DNA from: the human T2T-CHM13v2.0 reference genome, Homo sapiens
NCBI RefSeq assembly: GCF_009914755.1
Contig: NC_060936.1
DNA: 64,000 nt
Direction: 5' to 3' (one strand)
Shown: positions 24,401 through 39,950 of the stretch, one piece after another
How positions within the stretch are numbered: position 1 is the stretch's first letter
Layout of the letters: every line of letters begins with the position of its first letter
Made by a program: the position numbers and the translations under genes
Notes under the pieces: generated by a model
What the model saw: only the letters and a program-made list of their open reading frames with translations
Databases searched by the model: none
Told to the model about the DNA's origin: nothing

Positions 24401-27400
24401 TAGTGAAAGCCACGGCCAGATACAGCTAGAAAAATGATCTCTGCCCTCATGATGTCCTTATGATTGCCTTCTCATCTGTTTCCATTGTCACTTACTGATC
24501 TACATTTCTATACTACATGGGTCTAAATTTCATTTCAGCCTGTAACATCAAGAGGATTTTGTAGTAGGAAACCTAAGTGGTAGTTGCAAAGATTTATCAG
24601 GGGTTTTCAGTCTGCAATTACTAAAATAAACACATTAAGTTCATCTCTATTAACAGTATTAATTACAGATGTGCTTCATTTGCTAGTATGAAGAGCAGTG
24701 CAATGGATAACATCTATGATTTTTTCTTTAAACAATTCACTCCAATGAATTGCCTGAAGCTCTTGATTTCTGGATAGTACACATCATCCATTCTGAGTGG
24801 GATAATGTTTTGTGCAATAAGAAGGAGAGTGAGTTTGCTCTTTTTGTTGATTTTGATGGATGGGGTGGGAGAAAAGAGCAATACTGAGGTTGAAGATCAC
24901 TGGGTGACAACTCTTCTGCTACAGCCAGAATTATTTTTTTGATGTAACTTACACACATTGCAAACAACCTCTATTTTCCTTTGTGCTCCTCCCTTCCCCA
25001 CCTACAATATAGAATTTTACTATTTATCCATTTCATGTCCACTCTGTCTGAGTAACATTACTAACTAGTACAATGCATGTAAGACATAATTATATGTGAG
25101 AATAAAATTTCACATTAAAAACCATCTACACATTTCTGATAATTTTGGACAATTCTTTATTCTTAGAGTGGAAAATTATAAAATAATTGAGAACATTTTA
25201 GTTTTGTGTGTCATTGTCCTTAGGTAAAGCTGGCAGTATCTTTGGCTCTCAATAAACTGCGTGTTTAGCAAGAAGGATTTTATTTTAAAGATAAATGTTT
25301 TTGCCACATACGATAGAATATCTTCATTGTTATGTACTTATTTCAAAAGTAAACATAAGTGGTACCAATATGTTGTAATACCATAAGTTAAATATTGTGT
25401 TAAGCTTTTAGGTAAATTCAGTCACCTCTTCTCTAAATGCTCTCAGTGATTTTATACACTTTGGTCTTCCATAAAGATAATTAGTATGTGTCAATTACTG
25501 AGAAATAAGCTGTCCTTCATCCACGGGCTGCTGACATTTTGCTTTTTACTTCTTCCTTTTGTGTTACTGACTTTCTTTAAAGAAAATGGTTTTCCAGGTG
25601 TTATTTTCTAAATGTCATCACATAAACTGAGGCATAAATTATTTAATTTCTCTCTCAAATAACTTTTATGCTTTCAAGGTAATGTAAACAGGAAGAAGGA
25701 AAACACATAATTTGAAACACTGACTGAAGAAGATTTTTATAGCACAACTATAAATTATGGAAAATGAGAAGAAACAGTCAACCTAAATCTTTAATCACTA
25801 ATTGGAATCTTGTGTATCAAAAACTGATGCAAAAAATCTCCCTTGCAAATCTACACAAGCAGAAGAATTAATCCTTTTTTTTTTTCTTTTTTCATCTTGT
25901 GAGTCAGAATCAAACACATCATAGAGGTTAGGGACATGGGCCCTGGGCTGTTGGGCCTGGCCCCCTCTCTTATGCCACTTTGTTGCTCAATCTTTCTTTG
26001 TACAAATGTCCTCATATACAAAAAGATATAAAAATACTACCACAGACAGCTGTTGTGAGGAGCATGTTGTTCTCAGATTCTCCTTATACCCAAGCCTAAA
26101 AGGACTTTTAGGTGCTTTCTATTTGTTGATAAGAAAAAGGAGAGTTTTAAAGTTTGAAGCTGGTAGGTGGAACCAATATTCTGGTGATTATTCACTGAAC
26201 TGATTTACTTGAGTGAGTGAAAGATTAAGGTCCCTGGATTATAAAGCAGTGACCAGGAAAGCTGGTAATTTGGCATCCTATCAAACTCATACTTTGTGTT
26301 TAGCATTTGTTTAGTGGGAGCTGGGAGAAACTGACTTTGTGTTAATAAAAATAATATGAAAACAAATTGGCTTTTGTTTCATTTCCAGTAACAAGTTAAT
26401 GATTTGGAGAAGTCCACCTCCTGAAAACTAAAAAGGTTAGCTTAAAAGGAAAGGAAGAACATTAAAATGAACATCTAAAATTACCAAAGATCTGATGAGA
26501 TGGTATGGAACTATATGGCCAAAATCAAAGTGAAGGTGGGAACACAAAGATATAAGCAGAACACCAAAGCTGTGTTTTCTTGTGAGCATTTGCTTAACCT
26601 GGTAAATCTGACCTTTAGTTTCCCCAGCCTTGAAAGGATCAGATCACATCTCAAGGTCAGGAGTCAAATACATGGGTATTTCCATTAGGCTGGGGCACCA
26701 AAGGGATACAAGTCAGTGTGACAATCAGAAGCAAAACCGTCCACCTTCTACTCACTGACAAGACCCAGAGAAGGCTCATAAGCAATTCCTCCTGGAGTTG
26801 CTCAAATTCACATCATGTATGTTATTTTTTTAAAAAAAATTACTGAAGCTTTTAATTAAATGAAAATTTTAGACAGAGAAGACCTCAAGCAAGGAAGTTT
26901 ATCAGGGAAAAGAAGGGTGTTGTGTAATGATAGAAGTGTCTTTATACCCACGTAGACCAGTTGTTAGATGGGGGATGCCTGAAGAAGGCAGAGTGAGCTT
27001 GGGCATGGTCACATTTTCAGCAGAGGTATTTCTAGGAGAGGGCTGTAAGGTAAGTTGACAACCTTCCCAGTGGCTGGGGAAAATGAGTTCCTTCAGGTGT
27101 GGGTGGCACTGAACAGTATTTATGAAAGAAAACTCAATAAATAAATTAATAAATGCATGTGTAAATAATTGCCTTGGTGAAGGCATTTATTGATTCTAGT
27201 GAAATTGAGATGAGGTTTCAAAGGACTTAAGGTATATGTGGAATAGAAGACATAAAACGTGGAGATACTAATTACAGATTGACTCTTCAGTAAAAGCTGA
27301 AACCCAAAATAACTACAGTCGTGTGCTGCATAACGTGTTGGTCAATGATGGACTGCATATACAATGGTGGTACCATAAGATTATAATGAAGATGAAAAAT

Positions 27401-27421
27401 TCCTGCCCCCTAGTGACATAG

Positions 27422-27912
<491 letters not shown>

Positions 27913-27928
27913 CTATTTTAGAGTGTAC

Positions 27929-28190
<262 letters not shown>

Positions 28191-28488
28191 AAGTTAACTG
28201 TAAAACAGCCTCAGGCAGATCCTTCAGGAGTTGTCCCAGAAGGCAGTACTCTAGGCTATGGTTTGTGTTTGTGTTAGTTTTTAACCAAAAAGTTAAAAAA
28301 AAATTAAAATAGACAAAAGCTTATAGAATAAGAATCTAAGGAAAAATATTTTTACAGCTGTAAAATATGTTTCTGTTTTAAGCTAAGTGTTTTTACAAAA
28401 GAATCAAAAAGTTTTAAAATTAAAAAGTTTATAAAGAAAAAAGTTACGGTAAGCTAAGTTTAATTTATTATTTAAGGGGAAAAAAATA

Positions 28489-28805
28489 GGATGGGTGCAG
28501 TGGCTCACACTTCTAAGTCCAACACTTTGGGAGGCTTAGAAAAGAGGATTTCTTGAGTCCAGGAGTTCGTGACCAGCCTTGGCAACAAGGTGAAACCTCA
28601 TCTCTACCGATAATGCAAGACATTAGCTGAGTGTGTTGGCACAGGCCTGTAGTCCCAGCTACTTGGGAGACTGAGGTGGGAGGACTGCTTATGGCCAGGA
28701 GGTGAAGGGCAAAGGTTGCAGTGAACTGTGATTGTGACTCCAGCCTGGATGACAGAGCAGGACTCTGTCTCCAAAAATAAAAATGGAAAGAAAAAAGAAA
28801 AAAAA
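28489..28805 (+). mobile_element. AluJ nested in Tigger3
   Basis: gggtgcagtggctcacac...aggagttcgtgaccagcc...A-rich tail. Confidence 0.85.
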
Positions 28806-29639
28806 TTGTTTTAAAATACATTTAGTGTAACCTAAGTATACAATGTTTATAAGGCCTACAGTAGTGTACAATAATTTCCTAGGCCTTCACATTCACTCAC
28901 CACTCACTCACCGACTCACCCAGAGCAACTTTCAGTTCTGCAAGCTCCATTTATGGTAAGTGCCCTATACTGGCGTACCATATTTAATCTTTGATATCAT
29001 ATTTTTACTGTACCTTTTCTATGTTTAGATATGCTTAGACACACAAATACCAGTGTGTTACAATTGCGTATAGTATTCAGTACAGTAACACGCTGTATTG
29101 ATTTGCAGCTTAGGAGCAAAAGCTTATTCCATATAGCCTAAGTGTGTAGTAACTTATACCTTCTAGATTTGTGTAAGTACGCTCTATGATCTTTGCACAA
29201 AGATGGATTTGCCTAATGACACATTTCTCAGAAAGTGCCCTTGTTGTTAAGTGATGCATAACTGCTATTCTTAGAATGGTAGACCAGATTTCACCCATGC
29301 CACACTTTTACAGTCCCTCACTGCACAAAGTAAAATAGTCTTGGTGTTGAGCATAGCAAGGTGGTAAGAAAAGCATCTGAGTCATTGTAACTCTGAAGTC
29401 ACAAGAGATTTACAGGTCAAATTTATATCACAGATGTTTCTAAAAACATTGAGAGGTTTATTATTGAAAGTAGTTCCATTAGTAGTTAGGTGCCTGGGAT
29501 AAGAAAATCTAAATCTTCTCTAATGAAATATATATTTATCCTATTAATATTTCTCAAATAATATGCTTTCTAAAGACAATAAGCAGTGTACAATGTACAG
29601 TTCAAATAAATGAAGCTTAAGAGAAAAATGACGACGTGA

Positions 29640-30560
29640 AAGAGATGCTTCAGGATCAACTAAGAGCAGAAAAAAAACAGCTAAGAGTCCAAATACCAGA
29701 AGGTGAAACATAGGATCTGAAATAAAGACACATTTGAACATTTCTTCAGCGGGCAGGAAGCTATAAATATGATTAAGGGGATTTGAAAAAGAGTCAAGTA
29801 GAACTTCTAAAAAGAAAAAATATAGTATGTATAATTTAAAATATCATATATGGAGTTCATAGCATTTTAGATACAGATGAAGGAAAAATTAATTAACTGG
29901 AAGATAAGGCAAAAAGGATTTTCTAGAATGCAACATGGACAGAAACAGAGATGAACAATGTAAACCAAATAGTCAAGACTCTTCAAGGTGGAGTAATAAT
30001 GTCTAACTTATGTCTGATTGGAATGCCAGAGAAGGGGAATATAGAGGAGAAATATGTTTGAAGAGATAATGACTAGGATATAACTAGAACTGATGAAAGA
30101 TACCAATTTGCATACATACAAGAAACTGAGACTCCAAATAAAGATAAATTAGGACATCCCCACATTGACACACTAAAGTGAAAATGCAGAAAATAAAAAG
30201 AAAAGGCATGGATGACTCCCACAAAAAATGTTGGGTGAGAGAAACACAATGCAAAGAATTTATATAGTATGCTTCCATTCACATAAAATTAAAAATCAAA
30301 ACTGAACTCGATTGTTTAAGGATGTATAAATATAAGTGGTAAAATTATAAGGTAAGTAAGAAAATGAAAAATAGAAACATTAAGAGAGTGGTTATTTCTA
30401 TAAAGAAGGGAAAGAATTACAATTGAGAAGTAGGCAGGTAGAGGATTCTGAGATGCTGGAAAATGTTCTATTTCCTGACCTAGCTGGTGGGTAAATGGGT
30501 ATTTCTTGTATAATAATTCCTTAAAATATAATTTTATGTTTTACATATTTATTTAGTACA
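29640..30560 (+). mobile_element. Old L1M fragments (ORF1 region and L1MC/ME-type 3' end)
   Basis: A-rich purine bias; aactggaagataagg...tctaacttatgtctgattggaatgccaga; gtatgcttccattcacataaaatt...tgttctatttcctgacctagctggtgg. Confidence 0.55.
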
Positions 30561-31063
30561 TTATGTCTCTAAATTTAAAGATGAAACAAACTAATTTACT
30601 TTCACTGAATGAACTAAAATTGTCCTGAAAACATTTGATAATACATTTCCCAAATGTCTGAGCTTCTCATCTCAGTTTTAGTTGTTGATTTTCTCCAGCC
30701 TGTCAACTAGAGCATATGGTTTAATAAATATAAATGATTCACAGATAATGAAAAAAGCCATTCATTTCCACTTAACATTGCTACATCATGCCTTTTCAGT
30801 TTTAACATCAAAATTAAGACTATACATTCAATAAAATTGTGAGATTTTAAGCTTAGATTGTTGGGTACAGAGATATACTGAGAAGTAAAGAAGAGCAGCA
30901 GGTCTGGTGCAGATAATTATTTAAAGTTTGACATATGTATTTAAACTTCTTATAAAACATACAGATGGAAATATTCAATAGATGGTTGTGAATACTGATC
31001 CAAAACTCAGAAGAGACTGGGGGGTCAGAAGCAGATTTGTAAGTCATCTGTTGAGAGGCCATC

Positions 31064-31459
31064 TGTATTTGTTTGCTAGGACTGCCAAAACCACAGACTG
31101 GATGGCTTAAACACTGAAATTTATTTTGGCTAGAAGTCTGAGATCAAGGTATTGGCAGTGTTGGCTCCTTCTGAGGGTTGTAAGGGAACTATTGTTCCAG
31201 GCCTCTCTCCTTGGCTTGTAGGTGGCTGTCTTCTTCCTGTGTCTTCACATCGTCTTCCCCCTGCACCTGTCTTTGTCCAGACTTTCTCTTCTTATAAGGC
31301 ACCAATCTATTGGATTAGGGTTCACCCTAATGGCCTTACTTTAATTTAATTATTTCCTTAAAGATCCTATCCACAAACAGGGTTATATTCTGAGGTACTA
31401 GGGATTACGACTTCAACATAGGAATTTTTTCAATGTACAAGGAAATTTAGCCCATAACA
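31064..31459 (-). mobile_element. MLT1 MaLR solo LTR inserted in an L2
   Basis: TG...CA ends (tgtatttgtttgctagg...gcccataaca); near-perfect 5-bp TSD CCATC/CTATC. Confidence 0.8.
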
Positions 31460-32521
31460 CTATCAATTAAAACCTGAGACAAGATGACCTGGCCAATGTG
31501 CAGAGCACATTGAGAAAAGAGAGCTCTGAAAAAAGCCATATTCAGAAGAGTTAGAAGAGGACAGAGGCTGAGAAGGAGATAGTTTAAAGAGATAATCAGT
31601 GAAGTAAAAAATGGCAGAACATTCAATGAGGATCTATCTGGACTTAGTAAAGCAAATGAACTTGATGAAGCTATATGTGGTGACCACTGATAGAACAGAG
31701 TTTACAGAGTGGGAAGGAGTGGAAGGCTGAATGAAGTGCATAAAGGAGTACATCTAAAAAGGCACAATGAGAATGGAAAGACAGTAATGAATGTTAAGAA
31801 GTAGAAGAGGAGATGTAGAAAGAAGGAGCTGATATAATAACTGTGTGGGTGATTGTGCAGGACAAATGATAGAGTGACCATTAAAATATGGCTTATGATT
31901 GAGCACAAGAAATCATTTCAATGATACAAATGCAGACAGAAGACGCAGGTATAGAACTTTTGTCAGGAATACAGCTTACTATAGAGACCTATTTACCAGG
32001 GGAAGGCCAGTGTTCAAATTCCTCTTAAAATGTTATTAAGGGGAGTTCATATGACAACTGCAAGTATCAATACCACCATAATATTCTATTCAGAACACTG
32101 ACAAAATTTCTCATGTATGCTTTTTTAAAATCACTATCCGAAAGTCCATTCCAACATTGTGAGTTTCTTCTGCATACTAAATACTACTCTAGGAAAATGC
32201 TGAAAAGTTAAATTGGAGGAGATAAATCACTTTAGAAAATTATTTATTGTTTACATCTAATAACATTATTTATGTTTTACATAATTATGTTAATTTAAAT
32301 AATATTTATTTTAAAATTTAATTGTACTTTTACTTCTCTTGGAATGAAACTTTCCATATAACAAAAATTTTTTAGATTTTCAGACAATCCATTTTCAAAT
32401 GTAATTTCAGCTCATAATATATAGAAAATGGGGAGCTTCTTTTCCACAATCCAAATAGATATTATTTAGCATTTTCTGTATTTTCTCCTAGTACAAACAT
32501 TTCATAAAAACAAACTGATTT

Positions 32522-32716
32522 ACAGGGAGGGGAACAACATATACTGGGCCTGTTGGGGGGCGGAGGGAGGGAGAGCATTAAGATAAATAGCTAATACCTA
32601 GGTGATGGGTTGAGAGGTGCAGCAAACCACCATGGCACACATGTACCTATGTAATAAACCTACACATCCTGCACATGTATCCAGGAACTTAAAATAAAAT
32701 AAAATTAAATTAAAAT
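32522..32716 (+). mobile_element. L1PA 3'-end fragment
   Basis: gggaggggaacaacat...ggtgcagcaaaccaccatggcacacatgtacctatgtaataaacct...aacttaaaataaaa. Confidence 0.85.
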
Positions 32717-33614
32717 TGCCTTGCACATACTGATGCTATTGTTCTTTCAACAGTTGACCTTTTCTCTGGCATTGTATCTTTAAGTGTGCAGACACTTAAG
32801 CCACAACATTTTAAAACAAGAAGGAGACATTTGACTATTGTTCTTTCTGATGGATATGCTTTTAATCTATGTATAGAAGTTATGCAGTATATGTTTTCAT
32901 ATTATTAGACGACTTTATCCAATTGATATACTGTTACAAAAGAGTTACATGCTTAATGTCATTGTAAAACAAGCTACCTAGTGAGAAGTTCCTGAACAAA
33001 ATGAATCTTCTTCCTAAAAAAATTCTTTTTCTGCATTCTATTTAACATTTGCTAAGTTGATAGTATTAATTCATGTGTATATATTATATACTTTTTCTAT
33101 TATGTTATCAATTACACATGCTTTGAAATCTGAGAGGATAAAAAAGCTTTCATACATAATCATCAAATTATCAGGGTCTTCATAAAAGTTTTAAAATACT
33201 CATAGAAAAGCAACAAATATAAACATAATATGCTGTCATTTTATTGTTATCTTGACTTTTAGTTCCAGTGTAAACCAAATTTTATCTATGGTTATTAACA
33301 TTGCAGTGGAGAAGTTCTAGAAAGCATCATTAAAACTTAGTGATTATTTTTCACTACTAGTTGATTTTGAACTGTTAAAATCAAACAGAAACTGTTAACA
33401 CCACCAGTACATTCGTCCTTTGTAATAACTCACTGGGGGTGAATTTAGGCTAGAAGTTTCTAATGGTAGGACTCTCTTCTTATCCATCATGTATTCCCAG
33501 TTTAAGTACTGTGTGAAATAACTGCATGTTGTATTAAACTGAATCACGTCTCAATGTAAATAGTTGCAATAATAAAACCTATTTAAGAATTGGTTTTTTG
33601 AATAGACTATTTAA

Positions 33615-33970
<356 letters not shown>

Positions 33971-34009
33971 TAATGTAACCTATTTTTGAGCCCAATAAAA
34001 TTATTCACT

Positions 34010-34340
34010 AAATCAATCATTCAATATTTATTAAGCACTTATTTGTGCCAAGTTCTCTTCCAGGCATTGAGACTCAAGAGTGAACAAAACATGCAGAGAT
34101 CCCTGCCCTAATCAAACTTACATTCTACTACTAAAGACAGATAATAACTACATGTAGTAAATAGATTACATTAAGATGTATACATCAGCTGGTGGTGAGT
34201 GCTTCAGAGAATAGGGATAGGGAAGGAGTGGAGTGGGGTAAGATTTGCAGTTGAAAGTAAGGTATTCAGGAAAGGAGTTCAAGTGAAATTAGTATTTGAG
34301 CAAAGACATACATGGGGTGAGAAAGTGGAATCTGGGAGAA
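34010..34340 (+). mobile_element. L2 3'-end remnant
   Basis: attcaatatttattaagcacttatttgtgccaag...tgaacaaaaca...ccctgcccta; orientation approximate. Confidence 0.6.
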
Positions 34341-34604
34341 ATAGCAATTACACAAAAGTATAAAAGGGTCTGCAAGAAATTTAAAAGTCTTTTAATTTAT
34401 TACAGAATTTGGTATAGAATATTGATAATATAATCTTATTATGTTATTATCCATCTTCTTAGACATCTGCTTAAAACATATGCAAATTATCCACATTTTA
34501 AATCCCTTACATATAGGGAGGTTTTAACTCATTAAAGCTGAAGTCTAATTATAACTCTGAAAAAGTTATTTTGGAGGAAGAACTAATTATAGCATGTAGA
34601 AGTG

Positions 34605-35570
<966 letters not shown>

Positions 35571-35833
35571 GAAGTAAATACTAGCTATTTGTAAAATATG
35601 TCATAAAAATCTGAGTTTTAGTGAGGTAAGGGAGCATATTGCGTGGCTATCTGAGGAGCATATTCTAAGGAGCAGAAGCAGCAGTACAAAGGTGGGATGG
35701 TGTATTAATCCTTTCTCTCACTGTTAATAAATACATAACTGAGACTGGGTCATTTATAAGGGAAAGAGGTTTAATTGACTTACAGTTCAGCATGGCTGGG
35801 GAGGCCTCAGGAAACTTACAATCATGGCAAAAG

Positions 35834-36611
35834 TGAGAGACAGGACTAGCTGGATTTCCTATAAGAATTCCTAAGCCTAGCTGGGGAAGGTGACCACAGC
35901 CACCTTTAAACACAGGGCTTGTAACTCAGCTCACACCTGACCAATCAGGTAGTAAAGAGGGCTTACTAAAATACAAATTAGGCTAAGAGCAGGAGGTAAA
36001 GAAATAATCAAATCATCTATTGCCTGAGAGCATAAGGGGAGGCACAATGATCAGCATATAAACCCAGGGCATTCAAGCCGGCAGTGGCAACCTCCTTTGG
36101 GTCCCCTCCCATTGTATGGGAGCTCTGTTTTCACTCTATTAAATCTTGCAACTGCACACTCTTCTGGTCCGTGTTTGTTCCGGCTCGAGCTGAGCTTTCA
36201 TTTGCTACCAAGCACTGCTGAATGCTGCTGTCACAGACCCACTGTTGAATCCTACCCCTCCGGATCTGGCAGGGTGTCTGCTGTGCTTCTGATCCAGTGA
36301 GGCACCCATTGCTCCTCCCAATCAGGCTAGAGGTTCACCATTGTTCCTGTGCAGCTAAGTGCCCGGGTTCATCATAATTGAGCTGAACACTAGTCACTGG
36401 GTTCCACGGTTCTCTTCCATGACCCAAGGCTTCTAATAGAGCTATAACACTCACTGCATGGCCCAAGGTTCCATTCCTTGGTATCCATGAGGCCAAGAAC
36501 CCCAGGTCAGAGAACAAAAGGCTTGCTGCCATCTTGGGAGCAGCCGCCACCATCTTGAGAGCAGCTCACCACCATCTTGGGAGCTCTAAGAACAAAGACC
36601 TGCTGGTAACA
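35834..36611 (+). repeat. 5' LTR17
   Basis: TG...CA, 778 bp; TATAAA 36057-36062; ATTAAA polyA signal 36138-36143. Confidence 0.92.
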
Positions 36612-38923
36612 TCTGGTTGCCTGCACGGGGATTCTCCAAAGCGATGAGTAATAGACCACTTTTGCTTGCTATTCTGTCCTATTCCTTAGAATTGGAGGAA
36701 ATACTGGGCACCTGTTGGCTGGTTAAAAATGATTAGCGTGGCCACCGGACTTAAGACTCAGGTGTGAGGCTTCCTGGAAAAAGGCTTTCTAATGACCCCC
36801 AACCCTTCTGGGTTGGGAGCATTGGTCTGCCTGGAACCAGCTTCCACTTTCACAATTTCCTGGGGGAAGCCAAGGGCCAACTAGAGGCAGAAAGCTGTCG
36901 TCCTGAACTCCCGGCATTGGCCGGTCGAGTTCATGGCACAGCCAGAAGTCTCTACTCAATAGTTGCCCATGAATGTGCCCCTACCTCTCCTTCTGACCCA
37001 TACCTCCTGGGTCCTGACCAAGACTTTCTTGAAAGTGTAGCCCCAAAATTCTCCTTACCTCTGATCCCTGCCTCCTAGGTACTAATGCTTCAGACTTTCA
37101 TTTCCTATCCCAAGTATTAGAGCAAGTTGTATCTCCAAAGGGATCTAAGGAAGCTCAATGCTGCGTCCTCAGGCATCTAGGCTGTGAATCCAGTGAGTCT
37201 GCCCCTGGTATCCCTCCCAATTTAGGTATACAGCTCTTGACATGGGCAGTTATGTGGGACCCGTTCCCCACCACCCTTGCCAGGGCCCCAAGTTTGTAAG
37301 TGGCTAGGAGGATTGCTCTCCCATTGTGCAAGATACTCTCCTCTCCCAATTTCTACCCAGCTTACCCTCCCCCTGCAATACAATCTCCAAGCCTTGGCTC
37401 CTTGGCCAGGGCCTTAGAGCTGATGACCCAGTACTTTAACAACTGGAATTGGGTCTACAACAACATAATAGATCAGGGTGAAAGCAAAATGAGTAAATTA
37501 AAGGGAAAAGAGAGAAGGCAGAGAGAGGGAGAGAGAAGAGAGAGAAAAAGGGAGAGAGAGAAAAGAGAGAGAGAAAGTCAGAGAAAAGAAAGAAAGAGAG
37601 AGAAAAAAGGGAAAAAGAGGGAAAGAGAGAAAGATAGAAGTGGTAAAGAAAAAACAGTGTGCCCTATTCCTTTAAAAGCCAGGCTAAATTTAAAACCTAT
37701 AATTGATAATTGAAGGTCTTCTCCATGACCCTATAACACTCCAATACTACCTTGTTGTCAGTGTAAACAAGGGCATAGCCTGAAAACACTGAGACCACGG
37801 ACAACCCTTAGCCTTCCTATCAAAAATCCTTAACCCAGTAACCCACGGATGGACCAAATGCATTCAATCTGTAGCAGCAACTGCTTTGCTAACAGAAGAA
37901 AGTAGAAAAATAACTTTTAGAGGAAATCTCATTGTGAGCACACCTCACCAGTTCAGAGCTATCCTAAGTCAAAAAAAGCAAAAAGGTAGCTTACTAACTC
38001 AAAAATCTTAAAGTATAGGGCTCTTCTGTTAGAAAAAGGTGATTTAACACTAACCACTGATAATTCCCTTAACCCAGCAGATTTCATAACAGGGGATTTA
38101 AATCTTAATTATTATGCAAAGGTCCGACCAGACCTAGGAGGAACTCCCTTCAGGACAGGGCAATAGATGGTTCCTCCCGAGTGATTGAGGGAAAAAAACA
38201 CAATTGGTATTCAGTAATTGAGGGAAACTCTCGTAAAAGCAGAGTTAGGAAAATTGCTTAATAATTGGTCTGCTCAAACGTGCAGACCAATTTTGCACTC
38301 AGCCAAGCCTTAAAGTACTTAAAAAACCTGCAAGCCCATCTTTTTCTCCTCGCTCTCCTTCTCGCAGGAAAAAGGCACATAGGATAAAAAGATCCATCTC
38401 TCATATTTCATACCCAAAAGGACTTAATCCAGGGCAACAAAAAATTTAAGACTGATAATCAGGGTGTATTTCTACAAAGGAAAAGAAGGACAAAGGCCCT
38501 AGTGGGCAAAAACTCTATCTCAGTTCTGACTCAAAAGGTTGTCTACACCCTCTCTGAAATGAATTTGCATAAGAACTGTTGTTTATGGGAATGCATCTTG
38601 ATGGGGCAGCTGGGTTCTTATGAAATATTCAGAAGCCCAGCCCAGCTCTAGAACTCACCCCTAGCGCAAAGGCAATGTTGGGCACGCTGGTAAAGGACCT
38701 CTAGAATCCAGCAGCCCAGACCCGTTTCTCTGTGGTCAAGAAAGGTGGGAAAAGGGGTGCAGGACTACTACATCGGTGAGCGTAACTAATCCGATAAGCA
38801 GAGGTCCATGGGTGGTTATGCACCCTGGAAAGGAATAAGCATTAGGACCATAGAGGACGCTCTAGGACTAATGCTCATTGGAAAATGACTAGGGTTGCCA
38901 GCATCCCTATGTTCTTTTTCCAG

Positions 38924-39950
38924 ATGGGAAACATTTCTCCCAAGGCAAAAATGCCACTAAGATGTATTCTGGAGAATTCAGCCCAGAGTGCATATACCTT
39001 TTTCTCTGTCAGACTTGAAGCAAATTAAAATAGACCTAGGTAAATTCTCAGATACCCCTGATGGCTATATTGATGTTTTACAAGGGTTAGGACAACCCTA
39101 TTATCTGACATGGAGAGACATAATGTTACTGCTAGATCAGACACTAACCCCAAATGAGAGAAGTGCCGCCATAACTGCAGTCCGAGAGTTTGGTGATCTC
39201 TGGTATCTCAGTCAGGTCAATGATAGGAAGATAACAGAGGAAAGAGAACAATTCCCCACAGGCCAGCAGGCAGTTCCCAGTGTAGACCCTCATTGGGACA
39301 CAGAATCAGAACATGGAGATTGGTGCCACAGATATTTGCTAACTGACGTGCTAGAAGGACTAAGGAAAACTAGGAAGAAGCCTAATAAATTAGTCAATGA
39401 TATCCACTATAACACAGGGAAAGGAAGAAAATCCTACTGCCTTTCTGGAGAGACTAAGAGAGGCATTGAGGAAGCATACCTCACTGTCACCTGACTCTAT
39501 TGAAGGCCAACTAAGGTTAAAGGATAAGTTTATCACTCAGTCAGCTGCAGACATTAGAAAAAAACTTCAAATTCCACCTTAGGCCTGGAGCAAAACTTAG
39601 AAACCCTATTGAACTTGGCAACCTCGGTTTTTTATAATAGAGATCAGGAGGAGCAGGCGGAACGGGACAAACAGGATAAGAAAAAGGCCACCACTTTAGT
39701 CATGGCCCTCAGGCAAGTGGACTTTAGAGGCTCTGGAACAGGGAAAGGCTAGGCAAATCAAATGCCTAATAGGGCTTGCTTCCAGTGAGGTCTACAAGGA
39801 CACTTTAAAAAAGATTGTCCGAATAGAAATAAGCCACCCCCTCATCCATGCCCCTTATGTCAAGGGAATCACTGGAAGGCCCACTGCCCCAGGGGACAAA
39901 GGTCCTCTGAGTCAGAAGCCACTAACCAGATAATCCAGCAGCAGGACTGA
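38924..39950 (+). pseudogene. HERV-W gag, disrupted
   Basis: MGNISPKAKMPLRCILEN start; capsid fragments PFSLSDLKQIKIDLGKFSD...PDGYIDVLQGLGQ and QGKEENPTAFLERLREALRKHT...DKFITQSAADIRKKLQ; zinc-knuckle remnants; frameshifts and stops; stop TGA 39948-39950. Confidence 0.9.
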
